From assembly GCF_009914755.1 (NCBI RefSeq), contig NC_060931.1: a stretch of 64,000 bases of DNA. One strand, given 5' to 3'. The notes beneath the pieces are model-generated. The model made no database searches, was not told the origin of the DNA, and saw only the letters and a program-made list of their open reading frames with translations. Position numbers and translations under genes: made by a program. Origin of the DNA: the human T2T-CHM13v2.0 reference genome, Homo sapiens. Below are positions 29,378 to 44,680 of the stretch, piece after piece; the first letter of the stretch is position 1; every line of letters begins with the position of its first letter.

Positions 29378-31734
29378 CATATTAGTTTGTTCTCACACTG
29401 CTATAAAGATACTACCTGAGATTGGGTAATTTATAAACAAAAGAGGTTTAATTGACTAACAGTTCTGCATGGGTGGGGAGGCCTCAGGAATCTTACAATC
29501 TTGGCAGAAGGTGAAGGGGAAGCAAGCACCTTCTTCACAATGTGGCAGGAGAGACAGAGGGAGACCGAGGAAACACCACACTTTAAAATCATTAACTCTC
29601 ATGAGAACTCCCTCACTACAAGAACAGCATGGGTGAAACTGCCCCCATGATCCAATTACCTCCACCTAATCCTAACCTCAACACATAGAGTTTACAATTC
29701 GAGGTGAGGTTTGAGTGGGGAACAACAACAAACCATGTCATTCCACCCCTGGCCCCTCCCAGATCTCATATCCTTTTCATATCTCAAAATGCAATCATGC
29801 CTTCCCAACAGTCCCTCAAAGTCTTAACTCATTTCAGCATTAACTTAAAAGTCTAAGTCCAAAGTCTCATCTGAGACAGGGCAAGTCCCTTCCACCTATG
29901 AGTCTGTAACGTCAAAAGCAAATTAATTACTTCCAAGATACAATAAGGGTACAGGGATTGGGTAAATGTTCCCTTTCCAAATGGGAGAAACTGGCCAAAA
30001 CAAAAAGGCCACAGGCCACATGCAAGTACAAAATGCAACAGGACATTCATTAAATCTTAAAGCTCCAAAATGATCTCCTTTGACTCCATGTCTCACAACC
30101 ATGGCACACTGTTGCAAGGGGTGGGTTCCCAAGGCCTTGGAGTGCCCCACCCCTGTGGCACTGCAGGTTACAGTCCCTTTGGCTGCTTTCATGGGCTGGC
30201 ATTGAGTGCCTGTGGCTTTTCCAGGTGCACAATGCAAGCTGTCAATGGAGCTGCCATTCTGGGGTCTGGAAGATGGTGGCCCTCTTCTCACAGTTCCACT
30301 AGGCAGTGTCCCAGTGGGGACTCTGTGTGGAGGCTCCAACCCCACATTCCCCTTTCGCAGTGTCCTAGCAGAAGTTCTCCATGAAGGCTCCGGCCCTGCA
30401 GCAGACTTCTGCCTGGACATTTAGGCATTTCCATACATCCTCTGAAATCTAGGCAGAGGTTCCCAATGCTCAACTCTTGTCTTCTGCATATCTGCAGGCC
30501 CAACATTACATGGAAGCCACCAAGGCTTGGAGCTAGCACCTTCTGAAGCAACACCTTGAGTCTTACATTGGTCCCTTTTAGCCATGCCTGGAGCTGGAAC
30601 AGCTGGGACACAAGGTACCAAGTCCTGAGGCGGCTGTGCAGAGCAGCAGGATCCTGGGCCCAACCCATGGAACCATTTTTCCCTCGTAGGTCTCTGGGCC
30701 TGTGATGGGAGGGGCTGCCGCAAAGATTTCTCACGTGCCCTGGAGACATTTTCCCCATTGTCTTGGCTATTAACATTTGGCTTCTCATTACTTATGCAAA
30801 TTTCTGAACCTGCTTACATTCCTCCCCAGAAAATGCATTTTTCTTTTCTGCCACGTGGTCAGGATGCAAATTTTTCAAACCTTTATGCTCTACTTCCCTT
30901 TTAAACATAAGTTCCAATTTCAAACCATCTTTGCAAATGCATATAACTGACTGCCTTTAGAATAAGCCAGGATACCTCTTGGATGCTTCGTTGCTTAGAA
31001 ATTTCTTCCACCAGATACCCTAATTACTCTTCCTTAAGTTCAAAGTTCAACAGATCTCTAGGCCGGGGGCAAAATGCCACCAGTCTCCTTGCCAAAGCAT
31101 AGCATGAGTGACATTTACGCCAGTTCCCAATAAGTTCCTCATCTCCATCTGAGACCATCTCAGCCTGGACTTCATTGTCCATATTACTATCAGCATTTTG
31201 GTAAAAACCATTTAACAAATCTCTAGGAAGTTCCAAACTTTCCCACATCCTCTCATCTTCTTCTGAGCCTTCCTAACTGTTCCAACCTCTGCCCATTACC
31301 CAGTTCCAAAGTTGCCCCCATATTTTCAGGTTATCTTTATAGCTGTACACCACTATCCCAGTACCAATTTTCTATATTAGTTTGTTTTCACACTGTTATA
31401 AAGATACTACCTAAGACTGGGTAATTTATAAACAATAGAGATTTAATTGACTTACAGTTCTGCATGGCTGGGGAGGTCTCAGGAAACTTACAATCGTGGC
31501 AGAAGATGAAGGGGAAGAAAGCATCCTCTTCACAAGGCAGCAGGAGAGAGAGAGCACGAGGAAGTGCCACACTTTAAACCCATCGGCTCTCACGAAACTC
31601 CCTCACTATCATGAGAACAGACTGGGGAAAACCACCCCCATGATCCAATCACTCTCACCAAGTTCCTCCCTCAACACATGGGGATTACCATTTGAGATGA
31701 GATTTGGGTGGGGATGCAGAGCCAAACCATATCA
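29378..31734 (-). mobile_element. Complete THE1D (MaLR) element: LTR 29378-29740, internal 29741-31372, LTR 31373-31734
   Basis: Two homologous ~362-bp LTRs flank internal MaLR peptides (MWESLELPRDLLNGF, WEPLPRFQRMYGNA). 5-bp TSD cctag at 29373-29377 and 31735-31739. Confidence 0.93.
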
Positions 31735-34700
31735 CCTAGAGTAGTCAAATACATAGAGACAGAAACTAGAATGGTGGTGGTAATGGGCTGAAGGGAGGGG
31801 AGAATGAGGAATTATTGCTTAATAGGTATAGAGTTACAGTTTTATAAGATGAAACGGTTCTGGAGATAGATGGTGGTGATGATTGTACAACATTGTGAAC
31901 ATATTTAATGTTATTGGACTGTTTTAAGTCCAATAAGTTTTGGACTTGCTTAAGATGGTAAATTTTACGTTATGTGAATTTTACCACAATAAAAAAAAAT
32001 TGAAAAAGAAGTTCACTGGGAAATGCATATTTCGATTTCAAAGAAAATTTGATTATATTTTCCCTGGGAATATTATGAGTATTGCTGGAAAAGGAGACAT
32101 TAATTGCAGAAACCAAGCCCCTATACTGAATGGAATCATTACTTAGCCCCTCTGAGGCTTGATTTCTCCAACTTTCTATGTTGCATAGCAGAGTTACTTG
32201 TAGGATTAAATTAAGACATGGATTAAAATTTCAAGTGCAATGTTTACCTAGAGAGGAAAAACTAGCATTTTAGTACCTAATAAAATTTTTATTTCATGTG
32301 TTTACGTAAAATGCCTCTTTTAAAAAACATTGATTGAGGAATATTTGAATGCAGAAATCAATTTCTTATAAATTGTTGTGATTGGCTTAAAATGCAAGGC
32401 AAATTTTTAACTGTCATCTTCTGATATGAGAAAGTTAACATTCAGCTTCATTTCTCATCATGGAAGTAGCTTTGAGCTACAATACACACAATGAAATGGT
32501 GAATGCCCTCCCTGAATTGTTGAACATAAAACATAAGAGTCTCAGGTCCTCCTGAAAGCAGACAACGTAACTTCTGAAAGAAATATGTCCCTTGAAACAA
32601 CTTCTTCTTCTAGGCTACCTCAGATCTTCAAATTCCTTCAGCAAATAAATATGCCAACGCATCTTTAAATGGTACTGTTGTGAGATTCAAGGGTTAAGAC
32701 TTTATAGGATATGGTTGATCTGAGTTTGTTATTAATGGCTGGTCACATGGCCTTTGGAAGGCCAAGTGGTAACATTGGCTTCCAGGAGAGAGGATGTTTT
32801 GGAAAATGATAATATATGTGACTATCTGTTCCAGTCCATCAAGTGTTGGCAGAACCTCCCATCCTACTGTCTGTTTCCTTTGGTTTGGTTTAACCTATTT
32901 TTTAGTAACATCAGTTTACGTTCTTTCCTAGACTTTGGGAAGGGAGTTTCATATTTTGCGTAAGATCATATGAGATTTTATTGCAAAACCTCAAACCATA
33001 TTTAATTTGATTGTTCTGAACTATGCCATTGACTTTGAGTTCCAGGGATCTCATTAAATGTTGCATCTTGGTCCAAAATTTTTCTCAAAGGAAATAGACC
33101 ATTTTTTAGGCTCCAAATTGCCATGCCCAAGTAGATAGGTCTTTATGAGAGGGCTACTATTTAGAGTTCTTTTTGTTAATTCTAAAACTTCTGTTAGTCA
33201 GATAATGACTGTTAGTCTTTGGCTACAAAATTTCTAACAGTCAACAGAATCACAGCTGTGGCTAAAGGATAGAAACTGATACTTACAAAGTCTTATAAAA
33301 ATTTCCTTTTCCTTGCTGTCAAGGATCATAGAAGAGTCTTCTTGAAACCAAAGTCGTATTGATCATCTGTCCAATTTTTGCTCACCAACTTAATGGCAAC
33401 CTATACTACAACCATCAGCCTGATAGGATGGTACAAGGCCCCTCACCTGGAGCTAACCATCAGGTTCCAGAAACAATTTCTTTCTCCACTACTGCCATCT
33501 TGCTTTATTGTTAGGAGGTTACATGTTAGCAACAACATCTGCCATCCTCAGTCACTTCGAGATGGTATAAGCACATGTGCAGTCACCTTCAGTATTATAA
33601 GAATTAAGAAGAAGCATGACAGGCCTAGCAGGGACTATAATACTTGGGGGAGTTTCTTTACCCCTGTGGAAACTTAGGTTCTCAACTGTGATGTTACGTA
33701 TCATCCAAGGTCATTAAAAAGATTTGGAATAATTATTTTGTGATATATGTGTGGATGTGGGATGTCTCGGCAAGAGCCAGCCATTTACACAATTAAAGAG
33801 TTATTCCTAATGAATCAGTGGAGTAAAACCGCAAGATGCTCATTAGAACAGAGTAATGGTGTCTTTAAAAGTGATTCTTAAGGAAGCTTCAAGATTGGGT
33901 TTGATCTGGTAAGGCTACCCCAGACACTGTACTATTCTTAGAATGACTCAGAATCATTGAGATCTGCTTTTACCTAGCTTCCACACTGGACTCATATCTA
34001 AGAACCACAGAGAGATGGATGAAGAGAATTTAAAATAAATGCTAAATGACAATAGAATATAAGTATCTGTGTTGGTGGCTCATACACCTTCTAAAGAGTA
34101 AGTGTGTTGCATACCTGAAACACATGAGTACATTTTATCCACCAGAGAAGCACAATACTCAGATGAAGCAGACTATTTATGAGTTTACCTGAGGAACTCT
34201 GAGGGCCACCCAAATTACCTGTCAGAAAATTTGGATAGGACGAGGTCCTGTATTAGCATGATGAGAGCATTAGCTAGTAAAATGCAGCTTATCACTATTT
34301 AATGTGATCTCATTTGTATTCATCAGATAAAATCCTGAAGTAAGTTCTATTACAAGTATAATACATGTAATGCTTTAGACATAGTTAATCATATTTAAGT
34401 GACATTTTCCATTAATTATTATAATGTGCATTTAATGCATTAACTTGAAATATTTCATTTTGTTATGGAATACAAGAAAAAATAGGATGAATAAAACTTA
34501 AAATCCATGTTAAACATAGATAATGAATAAATTAGTTGTTTGTAAGATATAGGTGAAACTTACCAAATGTATAGGTATAAATAATGAATAAGCAAGTGGC
34601 TTTTAAGACATGGTCAGAAGTCCTTACGTGAGTTAACACAGATAAGCCAGACATTAATATATGGGACATGGACCATAGATAAAGAAGCAAGGATTGAAGG

Positions 34701-36043
34701 ACCAAAAGGCACCTAGTATTTATGATATAATGATACATTAGACATATTAAGCACTCAGCATTTCTGACACCTTATAATAACCATCCAGGTTGACACACAT
34801 TCTGGCCAAAAGTACAAATAAAATTGATAGCATCTCATGAAGCCAGATGGTGAACAACAGCTGTGGACACTACTTGTCCCTATGTCTGTTTGCTAGAGCA
34901 ATTGTGTATATTGTTAACTCTGAACACTTTCCATTTGCTAAGCCCTCTTGCTTACCTTTAACTCTGGTCTTTATAAACCCACTCTGGTCCTCATTACTCC
35001 AAGATCAATAAGGAATCCTAATGCAGCAGAGGAGGCAGATCATATAAACATGGATTAAAAGAAAATTTAGTTTCTGTGGTCTTTCTGCCCTGCTTGCCTT
35101 TTAGACTTGATGTGTTAACCTCCCACTTCTCTTTCTTCTTTCTGTGTTTTTAATTGATTTAATAAACTGAATGATTCAAGCATCTTAGTTTAGTCTGTGA
35201 GCATCTCTGGGGTAGCTTGAAGACTACCATTGTATTAAGGTAATTTCTCACATGACAGTTAAGTTTCCTAATCTGCTTATGTATCTCTGAAAAAGGATTT
35301 AACTAGTGAATTAGAGAATAAACTACAAGCAGCAAAAATCACAGATGATCCTTTGGAGTTGAAAAAGGACAATGTGTATGGATTGCCAAAGTAGAATCAG
35401 ATATGCTTATTTGAATAAACATTGTTGGTTTGTGCCAGTAGAAAACAACTGGGAAAAGCCTGACGACAATTGTCTAGGGTTCTTGTCTGGTTTTAGAAAA
35501 GGTTAGTACAAATCTTCTGATTCTTTCTCCTATTGACTCAGTCCCTTCAGTCCAAGGCAAGCATTATTTATTTTTTAAAAGCAGTACCTTAGATGTATTG
35601 AATGTTACATTACAGCAATCTAACTGAATATTAGAATAGATAATAAATATGAAAATTATTACTATGCATATTTAAATCAAATTGTTCCATCTTCTTTAAT
35701 TTATCATATTTATAATATGTGATCTTTTGTGCCTGGCTTCTTTCATTTAGTGTAATATTTTCAAGGTTCATCTATATTGTAGCATATTTATGTAATAATA
35801 ATATGTTCATATTCAGCTCATTGCAGTACTAGTCACAGTAGCCAAATGTGGAAACAACCAAAATGTCTATCAACAGAAGAATGAATAAATAAATTGTGGT
35901 ATACATTCTGTATAATATTCTGTCATTATTATTATATTATTATATTCTGTTATGATATAATAACATATTATATTCTGAATTTTATTATATTTTTATATAT
36001 AATGAACACATTTTCATGTTCTTGCTCACCATTTGCATATTTT

Positions 36044-36206
36044 CTTTTTTTAAAATAAAGACAGGGTCTCACTCTGATGCCCAGGGTAGAATGCAGTGGT
36101 ACAAGCACAGCTCACTGCAATCTTGAACTCCTGGGCTTAAGTGATCCTCCTGCCTCAGCCTCTTGAGAAGCTGGGACTACAGGTGCAGGCCACCACTCCC
36201 AGCTAA
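36044..36206 (-). mobile_element. Alu monomer (FRAM or AluJ right arm)
   Basis: Single arm with degenerate TSD accatttgcatattttct / accatttgtaaatcttct. Confidence 0.85.
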
Positions 36207-36271
36207 ACCATTTGTAAATCTTCTTTAAAGAAGTGTCTATTCAAGTCCTTTGCATATTTTTATTTGGGTTG

Positions 36272-36578
36272 TATTATGGTCTGAATGTTAGCATCCCCCT
36301 AAAATTCATATGCTGGAACCTAATACCCAATGTGATAATATTAAGAAGCAAAGCATTTTGGGAAACAAAGCATGAGAGTGGTTGGAGGGAGTTGCCTTGC
36401 CAATTCTACCATGTGAGGCCATATAAAAGTTGCCATCCATGAGAAATAGTCCCTCACCAGACACTAAATCTACTGGCACCTTGATCTTTAATCAAGAGCT
36501 GTGAGGAACAAATTCCCATTGTTTATAAATTACCCAGTTTAAGGTATTTGGTTATAGTAGCCCCAGCAGACTAAAACA
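36272..36578 (+). mobile_element. MLT1A-type solo LTR
   Basis: tatggtctgaatgtt...aaaattcatatgctggaacc...gactaaaaca. Perfect TSD ggttg at 36267-36271 and 36579-36583. Confidence 0.85.
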
Positions 36579-38412
36579 GGTTGCTTATGTTTTTGTTGTT
36601 GTAATAGAAGAGCTCTTTATAGATATTCTACATACCAGACCTTATCAGATATACAATTTATATCCATTTTAGGGTTTTTTTTACTTTCTTGACAATATTT
36701 TTTAAGGTACAAAATTTCTAATTTAAAATAAGATTCATCTTATCTATTTTTTTCTTCTGTTGCTCTGTATCATTTATAAGAATCAACTGCCAAATCCAAC
36801 ATCATGATGGTGTTTTCCTCCTAAGTTTTCTCTTAGGAGTTTTACAGTTTCAGCTCTTATATTTAGGTTCTTGATCCACTTTGAGTTAATTTTTTGCAAA
36901 TGGTGTGAGGAAGGGATCTAACTTTACTTTGCATGTAGTTATCCAGTTCCCCAAGCACCATTTGTTGAAGAACTATTTTTTCCCCAGTGAATGGTCTTCA
37001 TGCCATTATCAATTGACCACAGATGTATTTGTTTATTTCTTGACTCTCAAGTGTATCCCATTTGTCTTTATGCCTATCTTTATGCCAGTACTACAGTGTC
37101 ATGATTACTGTACCTTTGTTGTAAGTTTTTAAAATTTTAAGTGTAATTATTGCAGCTTTGTTCTTAGTTTTCAATGTTGTCTTTGATTGCACCCAAAAGA
37201 AAAAAATGCCCATGTATAAATTTAACCAATGAGGTGGGAGACTTGCACACTGAACACTACAAAACACTGCTGAAGGAAATGAAAAAATACAAAGAATACC
37301 TGAGTAAATAGAAATACACTCATTGTTCTATACTGAGGAAGACTTACTATTTTTAATGGTAATAATAATAATCCTATTTAGTATTTCTTGAAATTACATG
37401 TGAATTTGAAAATCAGCTTTTCCATTTCTGTAAAAAAGATCATTGGAAATTGTACAGAGATTGATTAAATTTGTATACAGCTATGATTATTATTGCCATC
37501 AACAACAGTAAGTCTTCCAATATAGAACAAGGAGTGCCTATGTATTTATTTAGGTATTCTTTCATTTCTTTCAGCAATGTTTTGTAGTTTTCAGTGTACA
37601 AGTATCCTACCACACTGGTTAAATTTATGCCATAAATTTTCTTCCTTTAGATGCTATTGTAAATAAAAATTTTTAAAATTCTTTTCTCATTGTTCATTGT
37701 GTATAGAAATAGACAAAATTTTGTGTGTCAATTATGTACCCTGAAATCTTGCTGAATTATTTACATAGCTTTAGCAGTTCTTGTAGATTCTTTGGGCTTT
37801 TCTATATAGAATCATGTCATCTGCAAATAGAGAAGTTTAGTTTTACTTGTACAATTTGAATGCCTTTTATTTCTTTCTTTTGCATTATTTCTCTGGCTGG
37901 AACTTCCAGTACAATTTTGAAGAGCAGTGGTGAAAGCAGATATCCTTATCTTGTTCCTGATTTTAGGGGAAAAGCTTTCAGTCATTCACCACTGAGTATG
38001 TTAGCTGTGTGCTCTTTCTTCATAAATGCCTTTTATTATGTTGAAGAAGTTACCTTCTATTTCTAGTGTTCTAAGTAGTTTTATCATGAAAGTGTGCTGA
38101 ATTTTGTCAAGTGCTTTTTCTGAAATATTGTTCTTCAACAAATGGTGCTGGGGCAACTGGATAACTACATGCAAAAGAATAACGTTGGATCCCTTCCTCA
38201 CACCATATGCAAAAATTAACTCAAAGTGGATCAAGAACCTAAATGTAAGAACTGAAACTGTATAACTCTTAAGAGAAAATTTAGGAGGAATACATTGTCA
38301 TGATGTTGGATTTGGAAGTCGATTCTTATATATGATACAAAGCAACAGAAGAAAAAATAGATAAATTGAGCCTTATTTTAAATTAGAAACTGTGTACATC
38401 AGAGAACATTAC

Positions 38413-38771
38413 TGATATGGTTTGGCTGTGTCTTCATTCAAATCTCAACTTGAATTGTATCTCCCAGAATTCCCATGTGTTGTGGGAAGGGCCTAGCGGG
38501 AGGTAATTGAATCATGGGGCCCAGTCTTTCCCATGCTAGTCTCATAATAGTGAATATATCTCATGAGATCTGATGGGTTTATCAAGAGTTTCTGCTTTTG
38601 CTTCTTCCTCCTTTTCTCTTGCCGCCACCATGTAAGAAGTGCCTTTTGCCTCCCACCATGATTCTGAGGCCTCCCCAGTCATGTGGAACTGTAAGTCCAA
38701 TCCAATTAAACCTTTTTTTCTTCCCAGTCTTGGGTATGTCTTTATCAGCAGCATGAAAACAGACTGATACA
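38413..38771 (+). mobile_element. THE1B-like solo LTR
   Basis: tgatatggtttggctgtgtc...gactgataca with TSD attac/attat. Confidence 0.92.
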
Positions 38772-39140
38772 ATTATCAAGAAAGTAGAAAAAAATTTATA
38801 ACGGAAAAAGTATACTGAATCAATTAAGATAATCATGTGGTGATTTTTATTTGTTCTATTAATGTGATATATATTATGCTAAATGATTTTCTTACATTGA
38901 AATACCCTTGCATTCCTGGAAAGATTCACCTTGGTCATGGTATATAATCCTTTCAGATTCAGTTAAATTCAGTTTGCTAGTGTAGTTTGGTATATGTGTC
39001 TAATTTTCGAATCTATATTTGTAAGGATCTGTGGTCTATAATTTTATGTGTGTGATGTCTTTGATTTTGGCATTAGGAAAATATTGGTTTCATAGAAATT
39101 AGTTAGGAAGTGGTTTTTTTTCTCTCTTATTTTTCTATTA

Positions 39141-39390
39141 GAGTTGTGTCACTTGACATGGGGATATTTTCTGAGAAATGCATAATTAGGTGATCTTGGT
39201 GTCATGCAAACATCATAAAGTGTACTTACACAAACCTAGATGATATAATCTACTAAAACATAGGCTCTATGGTACAGTCTATTGCCCCTAAGCTATAAGC
39301 CCATGCAGTATGTTACTGTACTGAATACTATAGGTAACTGTAACACTATAGTAATTAATTATGTATCTAAAAATATCCAACATAAAAAAA
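39141..39390 (+). mobile_element. Tigger3 5' fragment
   Basis: ttctgagaaatgc...aacatcataaagtgtacttacacaaacctagatg...tgtactgaatact. Confidence 0.8.
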
Positions 39391-40430
39391 CAAAGAAACA
39401 TGACACTACCAAGAGAACACAATAATATTTTAATAGCTGACCCCAAAGAAATGGAAATCTATGAGGTGCATGACAAATAATTCAAAATTACTATAAGGAA
39501 ACTCAACAAGCTGCAAGGAAACACTGACAGACAACTTAATTCAATTAAGAAAACAATACACAAGCAAAACTAGAAAATCAACAGAGAGATAGAAATGAAA
39601 AGCACCAAACAAATTTCTAGAGTTAAGGAATACAAAAAAATGAAATTAAAAAACAATGCAATGGAGAGCATCAGCAGCAGATTAGATCAAGAAGAAGAAA
39701 GAATCTGTGAAGTAAAGGACAGGGAATGTGAAAATATCCACTTAGAGGAGAAAAAAGAAAAGAACAATGAAAAAGAATAAAGAAGGCCTATGGGATGTAT
39801 GCAACACCATACAGAGAACTAACATTTATTTTACAGGAATTTCAGAAGGAGAAGAAACAAAAAGCTAATACTTTACCTGGCAGAGTTGTCCTGTAGAAAT
39901 AAAGAAGCAATAAAGACTTTGCCAGACAAACAAAAACTGGAGAGTTCATCACCAATAGACCTGCTTTACAAGAAACGCTACAGGGAATTATTCAAGTTGA
40001 AATTAAAGGATAATAATTAGTAACATGAAAATATACAACTCACTGGCAAAAGGATTACTCAAATGCAGAATATCCTAATACTATAATAGTCATATATAAG
40101 TTACTTATATCTCTAGAATAAAGGTTAACAGACAAAACTATTAAAATAACTATACCAAAAATAATTTGTTAATAGATACACAATATAAAAATATGTAAAA
40201 GTAACATCAAAAACAAAATATAGGGGTGGGGTAAAAAATTTAATGTAGAGTTTTGAATGAAATTGAAATTATCAACTTAAAATAAACTATTAGAACTATA
40301 AAGTGTTATAGATAAGCATCATGGTGATCAGAAAACAAAAACTTACAGTAGATATGCAAAAGATAAAGAGAAAAGAATCAAAGCAAATCACTACATAAAC
40401 GCGTGAAATCACAAGAAACATTGAAAGACA

Positions 40431-40750
<320 letters not shown>

Positions 40751-42451
40751 AAGAAAATAGAAACAAAAGATCTAGAAAACAATGAACAAAATGCCAGTGG
40801 TATGTCCTTACCTATCAATTCTCACCTTGAATGTAAACGGATTAAATTCTCTGATAAAAAGACAGAGTATCTGAAAGGGTTTCAAAAAACAAAAAACAAG
40901 ACCCAGCTATATGATGCCTACAAGAGACTTTCTTCAGGTTTAAGGACACATATAAACTAAAAGAAAAGGTATAGGAAAAGATATTCCATGCAAATGGAAT
41001 TGCAAAGAGAGCAGAGGTAGCTATACTTATATTGGACAAAATAGATTTTAAGTAATAAACTACAAACAGAGACAAAGAAGGTCATTATATAATGATGACA
41101 TATGTATAAGATACATATATAATATACATGTAATATATGTGTATATATATTAATATAAGAAAAATTTTAAAATATTTTGGGACAAATGGAATGAAAACAC
41201 AACATATCAAAACATATGGAATGCAGCAAAAGTTGTTATAAGAGGAAAGTTTATAGCAATAAAGACTGACGTTAAAGAAGAGGAAAGATTTCAAACAGCC
41301 TGATGATTCACCTCAGGGAACTAGAAATAGGGAGCAAATAAGCCCAAAGTAAATAGAAAAAAGGACACAACAAAGATCAAATCAGAAATAAAATGGAGAC
41401 CAGAAAAGCAATAGAAAAGATCAATAAAACTTAGAGTTGGCATTTGTAAAGGAAAACAAAATTGGCAAACTTTTCACCAGACTAAGAAGAAAAGAGAAGA
41501 CTCAAATAAAATTAGAAATGAGAGTGGAGAAATTACAACTGATAATACAAAAATACAAAAAATTATGAGACTGCCATAATCAAGTATGTCAAAATTTAGA
41601 TAACCTAGAAGAAATTCCTAGAAACATACAACCTACCAAGGCTGAGTCATGAAGAAATAGAAAATCTGAACAGATCAATAATGAGTAAGAAGATTGAATC
41701 ATTAATTTAAAAAAATCATCTCCTGCCAAAGGAAAACGCAGTGATGGCTTCACAACTGAATTTTATTAAACATTTAAGGAGGAATTAATACCAAACCCCA
41801 TAAAAATTCAAAAATTTGAAGAGAAAAAAAGTTTCCAAATTCATTTTATGAGTCTAGCATTATGTTGGTATGAAAACCAAAAACACTGTAAGAAAATAAA
41901 ACTACAGGCAAATATTCCTGATGAGTACGATGTAAAATCCTCAAGAAAGTACTATTAGACTGGATTCAACAACGAATAAAAGTGATCATATACCATAACC
42001 AAGTGGGATTTATTCTTGAATGTAAAGATTGTTCAACATATGCAAATCAATAAATGTGATACACCACATTCACAGGATGAAGAGCAAGAATCCTATGATA
42101 ATCTCAATAGATTCAGAGAAAGCATTTGACAAAATTTAACATCTTCTCATAATAAAAAGAAAACTCTCAACAAATTAGGTATGGGGGAATGTAAATGAAT
42201 ACAAAAAAAAGTCACATATCATAGACCCACAGCTAACATTTTTCTCAATGGCGAATAGTTGAAAGCTTTTCCACTAAGACCAGGAAAAAGACAAAGATGC
42301 TCACTCTTGCCACTTCTATTAGACATAGCACTGAAAGTCCTAGCTAGAGCTTTCAGGCAAGAAAAAGAAATAAAATACATACAATTTAGAAATGAAGAAA
42401 TAAAATAGTCTCTGATGGCTAATGGCATCATCTTATATGTAGAAAACCCTA

Positions 42452-42738
<287 letters not shown>

Positions 42739-44249
42739 TCTGTTAGGACTGATAAACAAATTCTATAAAGTTGTAGTTTACAAAATCAACATATCAATAT
42801 CAGTAGCATTTCTATATATTAAGAACTATTGGCAAAAACAAAATAAGAAAACAATCCCATTTACAACAGCACAAAAAGGAATACAGTACTTAGGAGTAAA
42901 TGTAACCAAGGAAAACAAAGAACTCTACATGGAAAACTGTAAAGCATTGATGAAAGAAATTGAAGAAGACACAAATAAATAAAATATATTCCCTCTTCAT
43001 GGATCAGAAGAATCAATATTGTCAAAATGTTCATACTACTTAAAGTGATCTACAGATCCAGTGCAATCTCTCTCAAAATTAAGATGGCATTTTTCACAGA
43101 AATAGAAAAACAATTCTAAAATGTGTATGAAACTACAATAGACTTGGAAGAGCTAATGCAGTTTTTGGCAAGAAGAACAAAGCTGGAGATATCACAAATC
43201 TTGATTTCAAAGATATAGTAATCAAACCAGCATAGTATCTGCATAAAAACAGTGGGAAAGACAAATAGAATAGAATAGACTTCCAGAAAAAAAGTCACAC
43301 ATACACGGTCAACTTAAAGTTGCCAAGAATATGCAATGGGGAAAAGATAGTCTCTTTAGGTAGTGTTGGGAAAAATGTATATCCACATGCAAAAAAAATA
43401 GATATTGAATCTTGTCTTGCAATGCACAAACAATTCAAAATGAATTAAACATTTAAAACCTAAGACCTAAAATTGTAAAACATCTAGAGGAAAACATAAG
43501 GGTCTTGACATCGGTCTTGGTAATGAGTTTTTGGATATGACATCAAAATCACAGAGAAGAAAAGCAAAAATAAATAAGTGGGACTGGATAAAACTAAATC
43601 ACAGCAAGGGAAATAATCAACAAAATGAAAAGACAACCTACAAATGTGAGAAAACATTTGCAAACTATATATATGATAAGGGAGTGGTATCCAAAATATA
43701 TAAGGAACTCATACAAATCAATAGCAGTAAAACAAATCACCAATTATAAAATGAGCTGAAGACTTGAACAGACATTTTTACAAAAGAGGTATAAATGGCA
43801 AACAGGTATTTGAAAAGTTACTCAGCATCACTAATCATCAAGGAAATGCAAAACAAAACCACAGTGAGATATCACCTCATATCCATTGGGATGACTAGTA
43901 TCAGAAAGTCAAAAGATAATAAGTGTTGGCAAGAATAAAGAGGAAAGTAAATCTTCATTCATACATTATTGGTGGAAATGTAAATTGCTACAGCTATTAG
44001 AATAATGGAAGTTCCTCAAAAAATTAAAAAGGAATGACCATACAATCTGGCAATTCCCTTTCTGGGTATATATCCAAAGGAAATAAAATCACTTTTCTGA
44101 AGAGACATGTGCACTGCCATGTTCATTACAGCCAAGATGTGGAAATAACATGTGTCCATCAAATGATGAATGTACAAAGAAATTGTGATATATATATGAT
44201 ATATAAAATAGTTATATATGTTATATAGACGTCTCTCAATAGATGGATG

Positions 44250-44297
<48 letters not shown>
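44250..44297. repeat. (GATA)12 tetranucleotide STR
   Basis: Perfect run preceded by (GATG)2. Confidence 0.97.
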
Positions 44298-44299
<2 letters not shown>

Positions 44300-44404
44300 G
44301 TTTAGACTGTGCAAAGGAGTTTAGACTCCTTGTTAAGGCAGCAGGCCACCACCACAGGGGTATAAGCAGGCTAAGAGAGTGAGCATCCTTAGAAAGGACA
44401 TTCT

Positions 44405-44680
<276 letters not shown>

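Larger units (their letters stand above)
26246..32005 (+). mobile_element. L1MB-like ORF2 3' half and 3'UTR, interrupted by 2 Alus, a TA-rich expansion and THE1D
   Basis: Collinear L1 RT to 3'UTR sequence resuming after each insertion. Ends ...tgtgaattttaccacaataaaaaaaa. Confidence 0.9.
35712..39135 (-). mobile_element. Rearranged L1MB/MC-like element with nested Alu monomer, MLT1A, THE1 LTR and inverted segments
   Basis: Antisense L1 3'UTR/ORF2 motifs with three plus-strand L1 segments embedded. Confidence 0.85.

Noticed and set aside
29853-31248. Cluster of long ORFs (also 47223-48539)
   Set aside because: Decayed THE1 internal sequence, not host genes.
32010-35700. Long repeat-poor stretch as a possible enhancer or exon region
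   Set aside because: No ORF, CpG island or motif cluster that I can support without conservation data.
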